Shown here: piece after piece, positions 28,467 through 37,484 of the stretch
Layout: the number at the start of each line of letters is the position of its first letter
How positions within the stretch are numbered: position 1 is the first letter of the stretch
IMG/VR virus record: IMGVR_UViG_3300028833_000057
Location: 1 to 64,000 of that record
Origin: a virus
Lineage: Duplodnaviria; Caudoviricetes
Length of the DNA stretch: 64,000 bases
Direction: 5' to 3' (one strand)
Position numbers and translations under genes: made by a program
The notes under the pieces: model-generated
Database searches by the model: none
What the model was told of the DNA's origin: nothing
What the model saw: only the letters and a program-made list of their open reading frames with translations

Positions 28467-28706
28467 ATGAAAATAAATCTTTTAACTTTCATTTTTATTT
28501 TACTTATATCAATTTCATTTACTTTCGCATCAGATATTACAATAAAAATATGCAAAGAAAAGGATTATGATTGTCAATATATTAAATTATCAGATGTAAA
28601 GAAAATAGATAAGATTGCAAATGGCGATATTCTTAGAATTACATTCTATAATGGCAATCAATTAGATATAAATGTATCAAATAAGTATTATGAAATCAAA
28701 AAATAA
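28467..28706 (+). CDS. Small secreted protein
   Basis: Signal peptide ending TFA; AAGGA RBS; late motif AACATTATTATG at 28435-28446. Confidence 0.65.
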   Translation: MKINLLTFIFILLISISFTFASDITIKICKEKDYDCQYIKLSDVKKIDKIANGDILRITFYNGNQLDINVSNKYYEIKK

Positions 28707-28730
28707 AAGAACCATCTGGTTCTTTTATTT
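28701..28730. terminator. Bidirectional terminator
   Basis: aaataaaagaacca/tggttcttttattt between convergent genes. Confidence 0.75.
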
Positions 28731-28731
28731 T

Positions 28732-29973
28732 TTATAATGTTTCAAGGTATGCTTTAGCTAATGCTAAATCATTACGCCATTTCAGATCCTTTGCAGGATT
28801 AAGAATACGACTTACACGTTCATCTTGAATTACGAAACTGATATCTGCACGATCTAAGCAAGTCATTAGATTGGTATCATGACATACAGCTAAGATCTGT
28901 TTATACCGTACAGTACTTCTCCATAACTCAAAGAATTTCTTTGTAACTCGTTCATCAACGTATGAAATGAAATCATCAAAGATATATGTAGCATCATCAT
29001 TACAGGTAAGCATTGCTGCTAATCTTATAGCATTTATCAAACCCTTAGATTCAACTGGAATATCATTCTTTGAAAACTTCAATCTTACGCATTTATATAC
29101 ACTTGAAGTAGTATTGCTAATAATGAAGACACCACGTTTATTGCAGATGATAACATTTACGGAATCACCTTCATAAAATTCCAACACACGTTTAATTTCT
29201 TCTTTATTATCGCCACCATTCATTATAAAGAATTCTTTGCTAGAGCAATCAATCGTATAATAACCGTCAACAGGTATACCTAAATCATTTAAGTTATCCA
29301 TAAGGTTAGGTATGAACATCTCTTCAAGGTTAAGACCTGTTTCAGTTATTACAAAGTTTTCATCATCAATAAATTTTAATGTATTACGCATATACAGATA
29401 TGGCTCAACGATTTCTTCTATTTCGTCATATCCACTAAAGCACGTAATTCTATGTAATAATGTCTCGTCAATATCATTAAAGTATTTAGAGAACCATTTA
29501 CCAAGCTCACCGAAGTCAACGTACAATTTTACATCAGTATAATTTGTACGTGTGTATATCTTGGTAATTTTTCTACGTTTATTATCTTCTGAACGGCACC
29601 ATAGTACTTCACTATAAATACTTCTATCTTTAAGATTCACATCAATTTCATAGTGATACAGTTTTTCATGTGTAGCAAATTCAATTACAAATTCACTAGA
29701 TTCAGATCTATACTGTACACCATCTTTCGGGCCATTGTAATAGTAATCAGTATAACCGTATTTAACTTTACCTTCGCCGCCTAATAGCTCCTTAATGAAT
29801 TTCAAGGCTTCAATAAATGAAGTCTTGCCACTCATATTTTTACCAAAGATCATTGCCATGGAAGTAAGACGACCATCATAATAGACAGAATTTCTATTAT
29901 TTAAGGTGTCTCCAAACCATTCTACTTTATCTTTAAATGGACCAAAATTCTTTACACTTACATACTTAAGCAT
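28732..29973 (-). CDS. AAA_21/RloA(AbiLi)-like ABC-type ATPase
   Basis: VKNF.PFKD, Walker A GKNMSGKTS, ES.G signature, IFDD Walker B, Q.L...HD H-loop. Confidence 0.75.
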   Translation of the reverse strand: MLKYVSVKNFGPFKDKVEWFGDTLNNRNSVYYDGRLTSMAMIFGKNMSGKTSFIEALKFIKELLGGEGKVKYGYTDYYYNGPKDGVQYRSESSEFVIEFATHEKLYHYEIDVNLKDRSIYSEVLWCRSEDNKRRKITKIYTRTNYTDVKLYVDFGELGKWFSKYFNDIDETLLHRITCFSGYDEIEEIVEPYLYMRNTLKFIDDENFVITETGLNLEEMFIPNLMDNLNDLGIPVDGYYTIDCSSKEFFIMNGGDNKEEIKRVLEFYEGDSVNVIICNKRGVFIISNTTSSVYKCVRLKFSKNDIPVESKGLINAIRLAAMLTCNDDATYIFDDFISYVDERVTKKFFELWRSTVRYKQILAVCHDTNLMTCLDRADISFVIQDERVSRILNPAKDLKWRNDLALAKAYLETL

Positions 29974-30262
29974 CAAGCTGCTCCCTTATAACCTTTGGAA
30001 GTTTGTTATACATCTGGGCATAATCATATATTGCTCTCTGTACAAAATTCATTTTGCGAGGTTCAAGACGTTCGCCGCCCATCTTCTCACATAATTTCTT
30101 CTTAATGGCTCTGGTATTTCTACCTTTTAGCTTTCTAAATTCCTTGATTGCTTTACGATTCTTACGTTTGAATCTGGCAGTCATTTCCTTTTCAGCACGT
30201 GCCATTAGAATATTATACAGAATGCTCATATCCATAGCGTTGTTTTGATTTCCATTCTTCAT
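29966..30262 (-). CDS. Basic hypothetical protein
   Basis: 98-aa ORF in an overlapping operon. Confidence 0.6.
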   Translation of the reverse strand: MKNGNQNNAMDMSILYNILMARAEKEMTARFKRKNRKAIKEFRKLKGRNTRAIKKKLCEKMGGERLEPRKMNFVQRAIYDYAQMYNKLPKVIREQLDA

Positions 30263-30800
30263 CTAATACCTCAATGCCAATAGATGAGCCAGATACTGGA
30301 ACTGTGATACAATTCATGGATATAATTCCAACATTAGGTAATTCCCCTAAAATTTTAGAAGGTCTTATACCAATATTGAAATGTGACATGAAATGTTCTG
30401 CATGAACATCTCCCATGAATTCAGTCCGTTCTCTTTCAGAATCTATTACACAATAAAACCAAGTATCAAGATTTGAAAAGCGATTATCAATATCTGCTAA
30501 ATATCTTTTTATTTCAGCAGTATCAGGTTGAGGTCTATTCCAGAAATCATCAAAACTTGGAAGTATCATCATTTTAGGATCGTAATCATCTTCATCTACA
30601 TATGTATTTTCATTTTGTATTACAGCTAACATTTGTTCACATGCAGTATGTACAAATAGCTTGAATACCTTAACAGCCATTTCAAAATTGTCAAAGTTAA
30701 TTATTAATGGCGTCATACCATCAAGCATATTACTTATACTATCCATGTCGAATGTAGTATTACCTGCATACAATGTATATATTTTATTAACTACAGACAT
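30213..30800 (-). CDS. Hypothetical protein
   Basis: 195-aa ORF in the operon. Confidence 0.7.
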   Translation of the reverse strand: MSVVNKIYTLYAGNTTFDMDSISNMLDGMTPLIINFDNFEMAVKVFKLFVHTACEQMLAVIQNENTYVDEDDYDPKMMILPSFDDFWNRPQPDTAEIKRYLADIDNRFSNLDTWFYCVIDSERERTEFMGDVHAEHFMSHFNIGIRPSKILGELPNVGIISMNCITVPVSGSSIGIEVLDEEWKSKQRYGYEHSV

Positions 30801-31062
30801 GATCTAACCCCATAGAAACTGTCATATCCTTTAGGGCATTCATTGTATCGCTATCTATACTTAGATTCTTTATATAATCTATCGCTTGATCATTAGATAT
30901 ATCATCATCAAATGCTAATATATCTGCTGTAAAATCATTACGCTTAGCCATTTTAATTTCCATTTCAACTTCAGTAAAGTTGCTAAAGAAATATGGTTCA
31001 GGCTGAAAGCGTCTTGAGCTAGAACTCCAATACCATTTCTCTGAATTAAATATTATAAACAT
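30787..31062 (-). CDS. Hypothetical protein
   Basis: 91-aa ORF in the operon. Confidence 0.65.
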   Translation of the reverse strand: MFIIFNSEKWYWSSSSRRFQPEPYFFSNFTEVEMEIKMAKRNDFTADILAFDDDISNDQAIDYIKNLSIDSDTMNALKDMTVSMGLDHVCS

Positions 31063-31067
31063 TTCAA

Positions 31068-32000
31068 CTAATCCGTATGTAAAAGGTCAAAACTTGGATC
31101 TAATTTGTCTACATCATTTCTACTGGCTGTAAAATCTGGAAATTCTACTGCTCTGGATGTAAAATATCTATCATTAAATTTATAAATCAACGGTGAATCT
31201 ATCAATTCAAAATTATCTTCATATAAATCATCATCAGTATCAAATTCAGTTTCTTTTACAAGAATCAAAATAGATCCTAATTTGAATCCTTGACCTTTAA
31301 ATGCATGAGCTATACAAATATGTATACCTTCTAGAAAAGCTTTATCAATGCGTGTTAGATCATTATAACCTGGTAACGACTCAAAGTAAGATTCAAATAT
31401 AGAATCAAACAGTTCTGTTGTCCATTTATAAGGATCATATAATACATTAGAAGGTATCAACTCTTTTAAACGAAATCTTTTCTTATTTAGATCATCAATG
31501 ACTCTTCCCATAAACGGTAAACCTGCTTGTGAACTCATACAATCGCAGAGCTCATCATAAATGCGACCTATGCGATTCATTATTCCATTAAGCAGGATAT
31601 CGACTGCTACAGCTATGCTTGTTGTTACTGGACTAAGTAAATGTACTGAATGACAGTCATCATCTCTATTATTTTCAGTTACAAAATATACTTTTTCTTT
31701 AAAGGTGTCTCTTATACCTTTAAAGGCATCTTCTTTCTTCTTTTTCTTATTCTTAGCAGCAACTTTTCTTGCTGTAGTCTTTTTCTTAGTTACTTTTTTA
31801 GTTTTAATGGATCTCGCGACCCTAGAACTCCGTGTAGGCATTTCATCTCCAGAATCTCTTGATGCATTTAATAATGCATTTTGTTCCATAATAGTATTGA
31901 GCGCATCACTGAAGTTAAGCCATTCAGAATCTATCTCATGTCTGAATAGTTCTTCTTCGTGTGATGCGCTCCAATAATCATGATCTTGGTTTCTAGCCAT
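31068..32000 (-). CDS. Hypothetical protein, paralog of 32006-32737
   Basis: Shared L.P.TT, NRI..I, W.TE.F, S.PGY and VEFP motifs; Lys-rich segment. Confidence 0.75.
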   Translation of the reverse strand: MARNQDHDYWSASHEEELFRHEIDSEWLNFSDALNTIMEQNALLNASRDSGDEMPTRSSRVARSIKTKKVTKKKTTARKVAAKNKKKKKEDAFKGIRDTFKEKVYFVTENNRDDDCHSVHLLSPVTTSIAVAVDILLNGIMNRIGRIYDELCDCMSSQAGLPFMGRVIDDLNKKRFRLKELIPSNVLYDPYKWTTELFDSIFESYFESLPGYNDLTRIDKAFLEGIHICIAHAFKGQGFKLGSILILVKETEFDTDDDLYEDNFELIDSPLIYKFNDRYFTSRAVEFPDFTASRNDVDKLDPSFDLLHTD

Positions 32001-32005
32001 AATAA

Positions 32006-32737
32006 TTAGATCTCAATATGACCTAAATCAATATCTGTAGCTAGGTCATTACTATCATGTACAGATATAGTCTTCTGCATCTGTGGGAATTCAACATGAC
32101 TAGTTAAGAAATATTTATTATCAATTTTATTTATCATAGGTATTAATCTAAAACAGGCGTAGTAATCATACAATGGATCATCGCCATCCATAAAATCTGC
32201 AGTAACTTTTACAGTTAATCCAGTTAGATCATTCATTGTAAACATTGTACTATATTTATACGGACGCGAATGATTTCTACTAACGTTAATTTTTATATCG
32301 TCTAAGTAGTCGTAATCTTCTGATGATAAGGATTCATATCCGGGAAATGATTGCCAATACTTATCATATATCTTTTTAAATATTTCCGTATCCCATTTGT
32401 CCATATTATTGTAAACATTTTCAGGCATATAGTCTTGAAACTTTATTCTTGTTTCAAGTAGCGTCTCTAGGAACGTTTGCATTTCTTCGCTTATATCGCC
32501 TTCATAATTATCTACCATTTCTCTAAATATATCCTTTATACGGTTATCTATATTATATAGTATCGTATCCCTTACAATTTCTACATTCGTAGTTAAAGGG
32601 CACAATACATTTACATATACGGAACCATCATCTACAGCATTATCATATACAAGATATAATGCATCTTTAAATAAATTCTTTTTAACTTCTTTTTTGTCTT
32701 CTGTTTGGACTTTTTTCTTAGATTTCTTTGTTGGCAT
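32006..32737 (-). CDS. Hypothetical protein, paralog of 31068-32000
   Basis: Start MPTKK with GGAG RBS; TATATTAA at 32768-32775. Confidence 0.75.
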   Translation of the reverse strand: MPTKKSKKKVQTEDKKEVKKNLFKDALYLVYDNAVDDGSVYVNVLCPLTTNVEIVRDTILYNIDNRIKDIFREMVDNYEGDISEEMQTFLETLLETRIKFQDYMPENVYNNMDKWDTEIFKKIYDKYWQSFPGYESLSSEDYDYLDDIKINVSRNHSRPYKYSTMFTMNDLTGLTVKVTADFMDGDDPLYDYYACFRLIPMINKIDNKYFLTSHVEFPQMQKTISVHDSNDLATDIDLGHIEI

Positions 32738-32767
32738 CTTGTCTCCATGTTTATTCATTTTCTTTAT

Positions 32768-32775
32768 TTAATATA
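32768..32775 (-). promoter_or_regulatory. Putative early promoter TATATTAA
   Basis: Exact motif heading the 28732-32737 operon. Confidence 0.55.
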
Positions 32776-32800
32776 TATTCTTAATATCTAACATTATTAT

Positions 32801-32884
32801 GACGATGCAAAAATCTCCTTGTGTTGTTAGGTTGTTTATCGAATAAATATCCCTTAGCGTAGAAATATGCTAAGGGATATCTTT
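32801..32884 (+). ncRNA. Putative ~85-nt small RNA (late promoter to terminator)
   Basis: AACATTATTATG at 32790-32801; 14-bp hairpin at 32847-32880 with no upstream plus-strand gene to terminate; contains TCTCCTTGTGT. Confidence 0.5.
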
Positions 32885-32902
32885 ATGAATTTTTAAAGCC
32901 AA

Positions 32903-32914
32903 AACAAAGAATTG
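32903..32914 (+). promoter_or_regulatory. Late promoter motif
   Basis: AACAAAGAATTG followed by TATAAA, nearly identical to the 43502 site. Confidence 0.65.
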
Positions 32915-32936
32915 TATAAAATTATATAGGTAGATT

Positions 32937-34259
32937 ATGCAACAGGACTTAACCTTCAAACAAGCGAATATAAGTAGCAGCGCTATCTTAAGTGCTGTAA
33001 CGGGTGAAGTCCGGAGATGGTGGTTAAATCAGTTTCCTGAAAACTATTTTAAGTATATAAGAATAACTTCAGGCGGCACTATCCCGGATATAGAAGGCGA
33101 TGCCGACCGTATGAGGGCTTATAGAAAGAGTAATCCGTGTCTGGCATTAAGACCTAGATTAAAGTTTCAGGAAGACTTAATGGGTGAAGCCTTAAGGAAT
33201 CCGGCACCGTTCTTATATGAGAACATCGGGCCTGACTCCCATTACTATACGCTATATAGAAACGATCAGTTCCTGCAGCGTATAACATTCATGGTTGATT
33301 ACTATAAGATGGAATTCCAAGTTGGGATCCGTGTTGAATCTGAAGTGCAGATGCTGGATGTAATCGGCTTATTGAATAAGCGTATATTCCCTGAGAATTA
33401 CTTCTATATAAATGATTGTCCATTACTTGTAGAGATCCCATCTAATCTTCTATTCAAGACAGCAGAAGACTTAGGACTAAATTTATATAAGCCTGAAGAT
33501 GTAAAAATCTTCCTAGACATCTTACAGCATAATACTACGTATCCTATAGATATAAAGATTAAGAAAGATAGTGGTAAGAAGATAATTGCATTCATTATGC
33601 CTGCAAATATCTTATGCCGTGTTGAAAAATTGCCTGAACCTGATGTTCAGCATGTTAATCGTTCTATAGATAATACGAAAATACAGTTCACAATGACTGC
33701 CCAAGTGCCGTTCCCTAATCTATTTAAGATGTGGACGGAGTTACCGGTACCTATGCCACCTGGCTGGAGTCGGCCTGATGATGGAGATCCAAATAAGCCG
33801 GAACCTCCGTTTGAAACATCTGGTCTAGATAATGGTAGACTCATGATTAACTATGCTTTAACAACTGAACCTCCTCAATATATTAAGGGTACAAGTGCTA
33901 AGCGTATATTCATGAAGAAATTCATTACTGGTACAGATATGGCAGTAGATTATTTATCTCTAGCTGGTATTCTTCCACCTGCTCTAGAAATGTTTATAGA
34001 TCAGATGCTTGAGGAACATAAAAAAGACGTGCTTGAGGAAGCTATCTTATTCAGATTATATAGAGATGAATATTGTGAGCCACCAACGAATTATAAATTT
34101 GATTTCAAGAATAAGACTCTAGAATTATTCTCGCCACTTAGAAATTACATATACCGTGTAGTCATCTATGTGGAAACAACGATACTTCAAAGATACGAAG
34201 CTATTATCAGGGGTATACCTGATCTTCAGCAAGTATTTGATGCGGACATTCTTCAATAG
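32937..34259 (+). CDS. Putative virion structural protein
   Basis: 440 aa, first gene of a late structural operon; function not recognised. Confidence 0.55.
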   Translation: MQQDLTFKQANISSSAILSAVTGEVRRWWLNQFPENYFKYIRITSGGTIPDIEGDADRMRAYRKSNPCLALRPRLKFQEDLMGEALRNPAPFLYENIGPDSHYYTLYRNDQFLQRITFMVDYYKMEFQVGIRVESEVQMLDVIGLLNKRIFPENYFYINDCPLLVEIPSNLLFKTAEDLGLNLYKPEDVKIFLDILQHNTTYPIDIKIKKDSGKKIIAFIMPANILCRVEKLPEPDVQHVNRSIDNTKIQFTMTAQVPFPNLFKMWTELPVPMPPGWSRPDDGDPNKPEPPFETSGLDNGRLMINYALTTEPPQYIKGTSAKRIFMKKFITGTDMAVDYLSLAGILPPALEMFIDQMLEEHKKDVLEEAILFRLYRDEYCEPPTNYKFDFKNKTLELFSPLRNYIYRVVIYVETTILQRYEAIIRGIPDLQQVFDADILQ

Positions 34260-34267
34260 GTTATATA

Positions 34268-36613
34268 ATGACAGCGTTTTATAACAAATACCAGTCATAT
34301 AGACAGTATTTCATAAATCCGAACTATATGCCTTTACAAGAAAGAGCAGAAGCAGAAGACCTGCTGAATCCTAATACGTTAGTTACATCTGCTCTTCTTG
34401 AACAGCGCAATATACTAAGATTTCAAGGTGTACATCCTATACCTGCTAAATATTATATGCACTCTAAGAGTGCTACCCCTATTAGTACATTATTAACTAA
34501 GCTTTCTGAAAATGTAGATTATCAGGCATACTTTGTCCAAGGCTTAGATAATATTGGTGTTGTTACTATTACAGATTTCGACTCATCTATTAATCTCTCG
34601 GATTATCAGCTACTAGTATTTGATAGGAATAATAATGACTTGATTCATTCAGGATTTAGAATTAACGATTTTAAATCTACATTCTGGTATGTAATTAATA
34701 ATACTCTGTATGTTATTCTTATGAATTGCACTAGATATTGCAATGATGAAAATGATTTAACAAGCTTTGCAGATGAAGTTGATGTAGTCTTAATGCGTAA
34801 GGTTAATTGCCGTGATAGCGTTAAGATAGGGTTAATGGAATTTACATTACCTCCTAACGATCCTACAACACAAGTTACTGAAAATGAGTTACCATTTACG
34901 GAATTACAGACATTATATCTTAGATTTGATGAAGTTGGCCCGAAGACCACTATGTTTAATAGATATAATGAAAGATTCTATGGTGTTGCGCTATACTTAT
35001 CTGAGTATGAAGTAGAAATTGGTGACGTTATCTATAACGAACATGATAAAGAGGTAACAGTAACCAGTAATAATATTACTCTGATTAATGATGCTATTAG
35101 ACAGACACATATCAAAAACTGGTTGTTAATAGATCCAAGTAAATATCAGATATCTATTGGTGATAATTGTATTATTGCTGAATGGAATAATATTGCAGAT
35201 GTTGCAGATCTAAATCTCTTTATATATGCTTCTTATAGTGATACTGAAACAGGAACAAGCCTTCCTAGAATGAAGATACCTGTTACCAGATTATATATGA
35301 ATAGTAAATTCTATTTATATAATAAGAATACTTTTATAAAGACTGAATATGAATATAGATATAATCCGGGTGAGGATCATCCTATTATTTCTGTAAGCAG
35401 AGATAATACTACTCCATTAAGAGCTATTGAAGAAAGCTTTAATGTAGTTCGTGATGATGACGATAATATCATAGGTCAATATCCTAATTATATCCCTATG
35501 AATTGGAGTCTTCCTAACGATTTACGTTTAAGTGATGATCCGGATTCACATATCTATGGTAGATGGATTGATACTGAAGATGTATTCGTATTTGTAGATG
35601 GCGTAAAGTTAACGCCATATCTAGATTACGAAGTATCTAATAATGGTTTTATAGGCGAAGATATACCAGCTGGTAGTATCAAGTTCAAGAATAGGAATTC
35701 TAGTGATACTGCGGAAACTTTCCCGGTATTTCCTATATGCCCTGTGGATGAATCTGTAAGTCTTCATACTATATTAGTATTTACTATTCCATCTTCTGTA
35801 CATAGAAATGTATATTATGGCCCATATACTTATGGCGATCATTCAGAATTCGTACATGATATAAGTGAAGAGGTCATGAGTGCTTCTGATTATAAATTTA
35901 AGGATAGTAATGGAGTATATCCAATACTAAATATTGAAGCTGCTACAACTAAAGCTACAGTTTCAATGCTTTCTCCTGAAAATTATATAGTCTTTGCAGC
36001 AGGTAGATATCAAAGAACTGAAGATAATAAGGCTGCTATTGCATTAGATAATGCTCTATATATGAGAGAATTATCAACATATACAAGTATAGAGTATCAC
36101 TCTTACTTTGACGATAGCAAATTATCTTATATAGATAATATGTGGCACAATAATTCTACATATAATCCATTAGCAGAGAAGTTAATTAAGTATTTAACAG
36201 GAGCAGACCCTGAAGATCCTGAATACTTTGATATAGAGAAAACCTATATGATTAATTTCTTAGCTGATAGAGAAGATCCAGAAGAACCAAATAGGATTAC
36301 TGAAGAATCTTCAGAAGCCTATGGTATTCCGACGGACTATATCTACTATGGTGGTTCTACGAATATCTTTGAACTCTGGCTCAAGCATAATACTCGTCTT
36401 GTGTTTAGAAACGATATTGATGCACAGGATGATACTGCTAGACGTAGAGTTCCGGACAAACAGACTTACTTCAGTGCCAATGATGATCTATCTGAAAGAG
36501 GTTATCTGAATAATATTCATGTGTCTGGTAATGATATGCCGGGTATGCCTGAATATACTGCTTCTAATGATATAAATAATGAAGAAGAAACTGAAGACGA
36601 CAATAACGGATAA
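34268..36613 (+). CDS. Putative baseplate/virion structural protein
   Basis: 781 aa, beta-rich, VFVFVDGVKL...DY motif typical of Ig-like baseplate domains. Confidence 0.5.
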   Translation: MTAFYNKYQSYRQYFINPNYMPLQERAEAEDLLNPNTLVTSALLEQRNILRFQGVHPIPAKYYMHSKSATPISTLLTKLSENVDYQAYFVQGLDNIGVVTITDFDSSINLSDYQLLVFDRNNNDLIHSGFRINDFKSTFWYVINNTLYVILMNCTRYCNDENDLTSFADEVDVVLMRKVNCRDSVKIGLMEFTLPPNDPTTQVTENELPFTELQTLYLRFDEVGPKTTMFNRYNERFYGVALYLSEYEVEIGDVIYNEHDKEVTVTSNNITLINDAIRQTHIKNWLLIDPSKYQISIGDNCIIAEWNNIADVADLNLFIYASYSDTETGTSLPRMKIPVTRLYMNSKFYLYNKNTFIKTEYEYRYNPGEDHPIISVSRDNTTPLRAIEESFNVVRDDDDNIIGQYPNYIPMNWSLPNDLRLSDDPDSHIYGRWIDTEDVFVFVDGVKLTPYLDYEVSNNGFIGEDIPAGSIKFKNRNSSDTAETFPVFPICPVDESVSLHTILVFTIPSSVHRNVYYGPYTYGDHSEFVHDISEEVMSASDYKFKDSNGVYPILNIEAATTKATVSMLSPENYIVFAAGRYQRTEDNKAAIALDNALYMRELSTYTSIEYHSYFDDSKLSYIDNMWHNNSTYNPLAEKLIKYLTGADPEDPEYFDIEKTYMINFLADREDPEEPNRITEESSEAYGIPTDYIYYGGSTNIFELWLKHNTRLVFRNDIDAQDDTARRRVPDKQTYFSANDDLSERGYLNNIHVSGNDMPGMPEYTASNDINNEEETEDDNNG

Positions 36614-36622
36614 AGGTAATTT

Positions 36623-37483
36623 ATGTCTTTTGAAATTTATGAATATAAACCTACTAACGATGGAAAACTTGAAAAAGTCGTATATGAGACTTTGGAGGAT
36701 TTAAATCCATCTGATGCAGATACACCATTTGAATATCTGAATCGTTATATTGCTCAAAAGCGTATTGCTTTTGAGAGGGCAAATAATGAGATTATAGAAA
36801 AATGGCATTCATACGTAGAAAATTATTTTAGATCATTAGAACTTGTCAAAGAAGAATTAAAAATACGTGGATATGATATAGACCACTTAGACTTTAAAGA
36901 TGTATGGGAAATAAATAGCCCTGTCTTAAAGTATATGGCAGATAATCTATGCCAAGCCTTTGTACTTACCTTTGGTAATACAGAGGCTTTTTTAAATACA
37001 GATTTAATGAAGAATGCACCTGAAGATATTAAAGAAGAATTCAGGGATATTACATCTGACGAATATTACACATGGTTACAGTACATGACTAATGCTGAAG
37101 CAACAAGGCCAGTGCGTCCAGTCCTTCTTAGCGATACTTACGAGAAGTTTGACTTAATTGAAGCTAAGAATATTATTGTGACCATTCGTGATAAATTTGT
37201 TAGGAATAATGAAGATAGTATGGCAGATGCCTTAAAGCTGTGTTCATTCCTAGCCGGTGCTATCAGACGCATCTACAATGTACTTCCAGAAGAATCCAAG
37301 AATAAATTATCCGCAGTAGATAGAAATATTCTAGATTACGGATTTAAATTCCAATCTGAATTACAAACTAGATGTGATTCTGAATTAGCAGATGAAGGTT
37401 TAGGTGTAATAAAGAAACTCTTAGAGAGAGAAAGTACCATTAATGATATTATTCTCTTAGTTTACTCTCACTTGAAGGCGTAA
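36623..37483 (+). CDS. Hypothetical helical protein in the structural operon
   Basis: 286-aa ORF with AAGG RBS. Confidence 0.65.
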   Translation: MSFEIYEYKPTNDGKLEKVVYETLEDLNPSDADTPFEYLNRYIAQKRIAFERANNEIIEKWHSYVENYFRSLELVKEELKIRGYDIDHLDFKDVWEINSPVLKYMADNLCQAFVLTFGNTEAFLNTDLMKNAPEDIKEEFRDITSDEYYTWLQYMTNAEATRPVRPVLLSDTYEKFDLIEAKNIIVTIRDKFVRNNEDSMADALKLCSFLAGAIRRIYNVLPEESKNKLSAVDRNILDYGFKFQSELQTRCDSELADEGLGVIKKLLERESTINDIILLVYSHLKA

Positions 37484-37484
37484 T

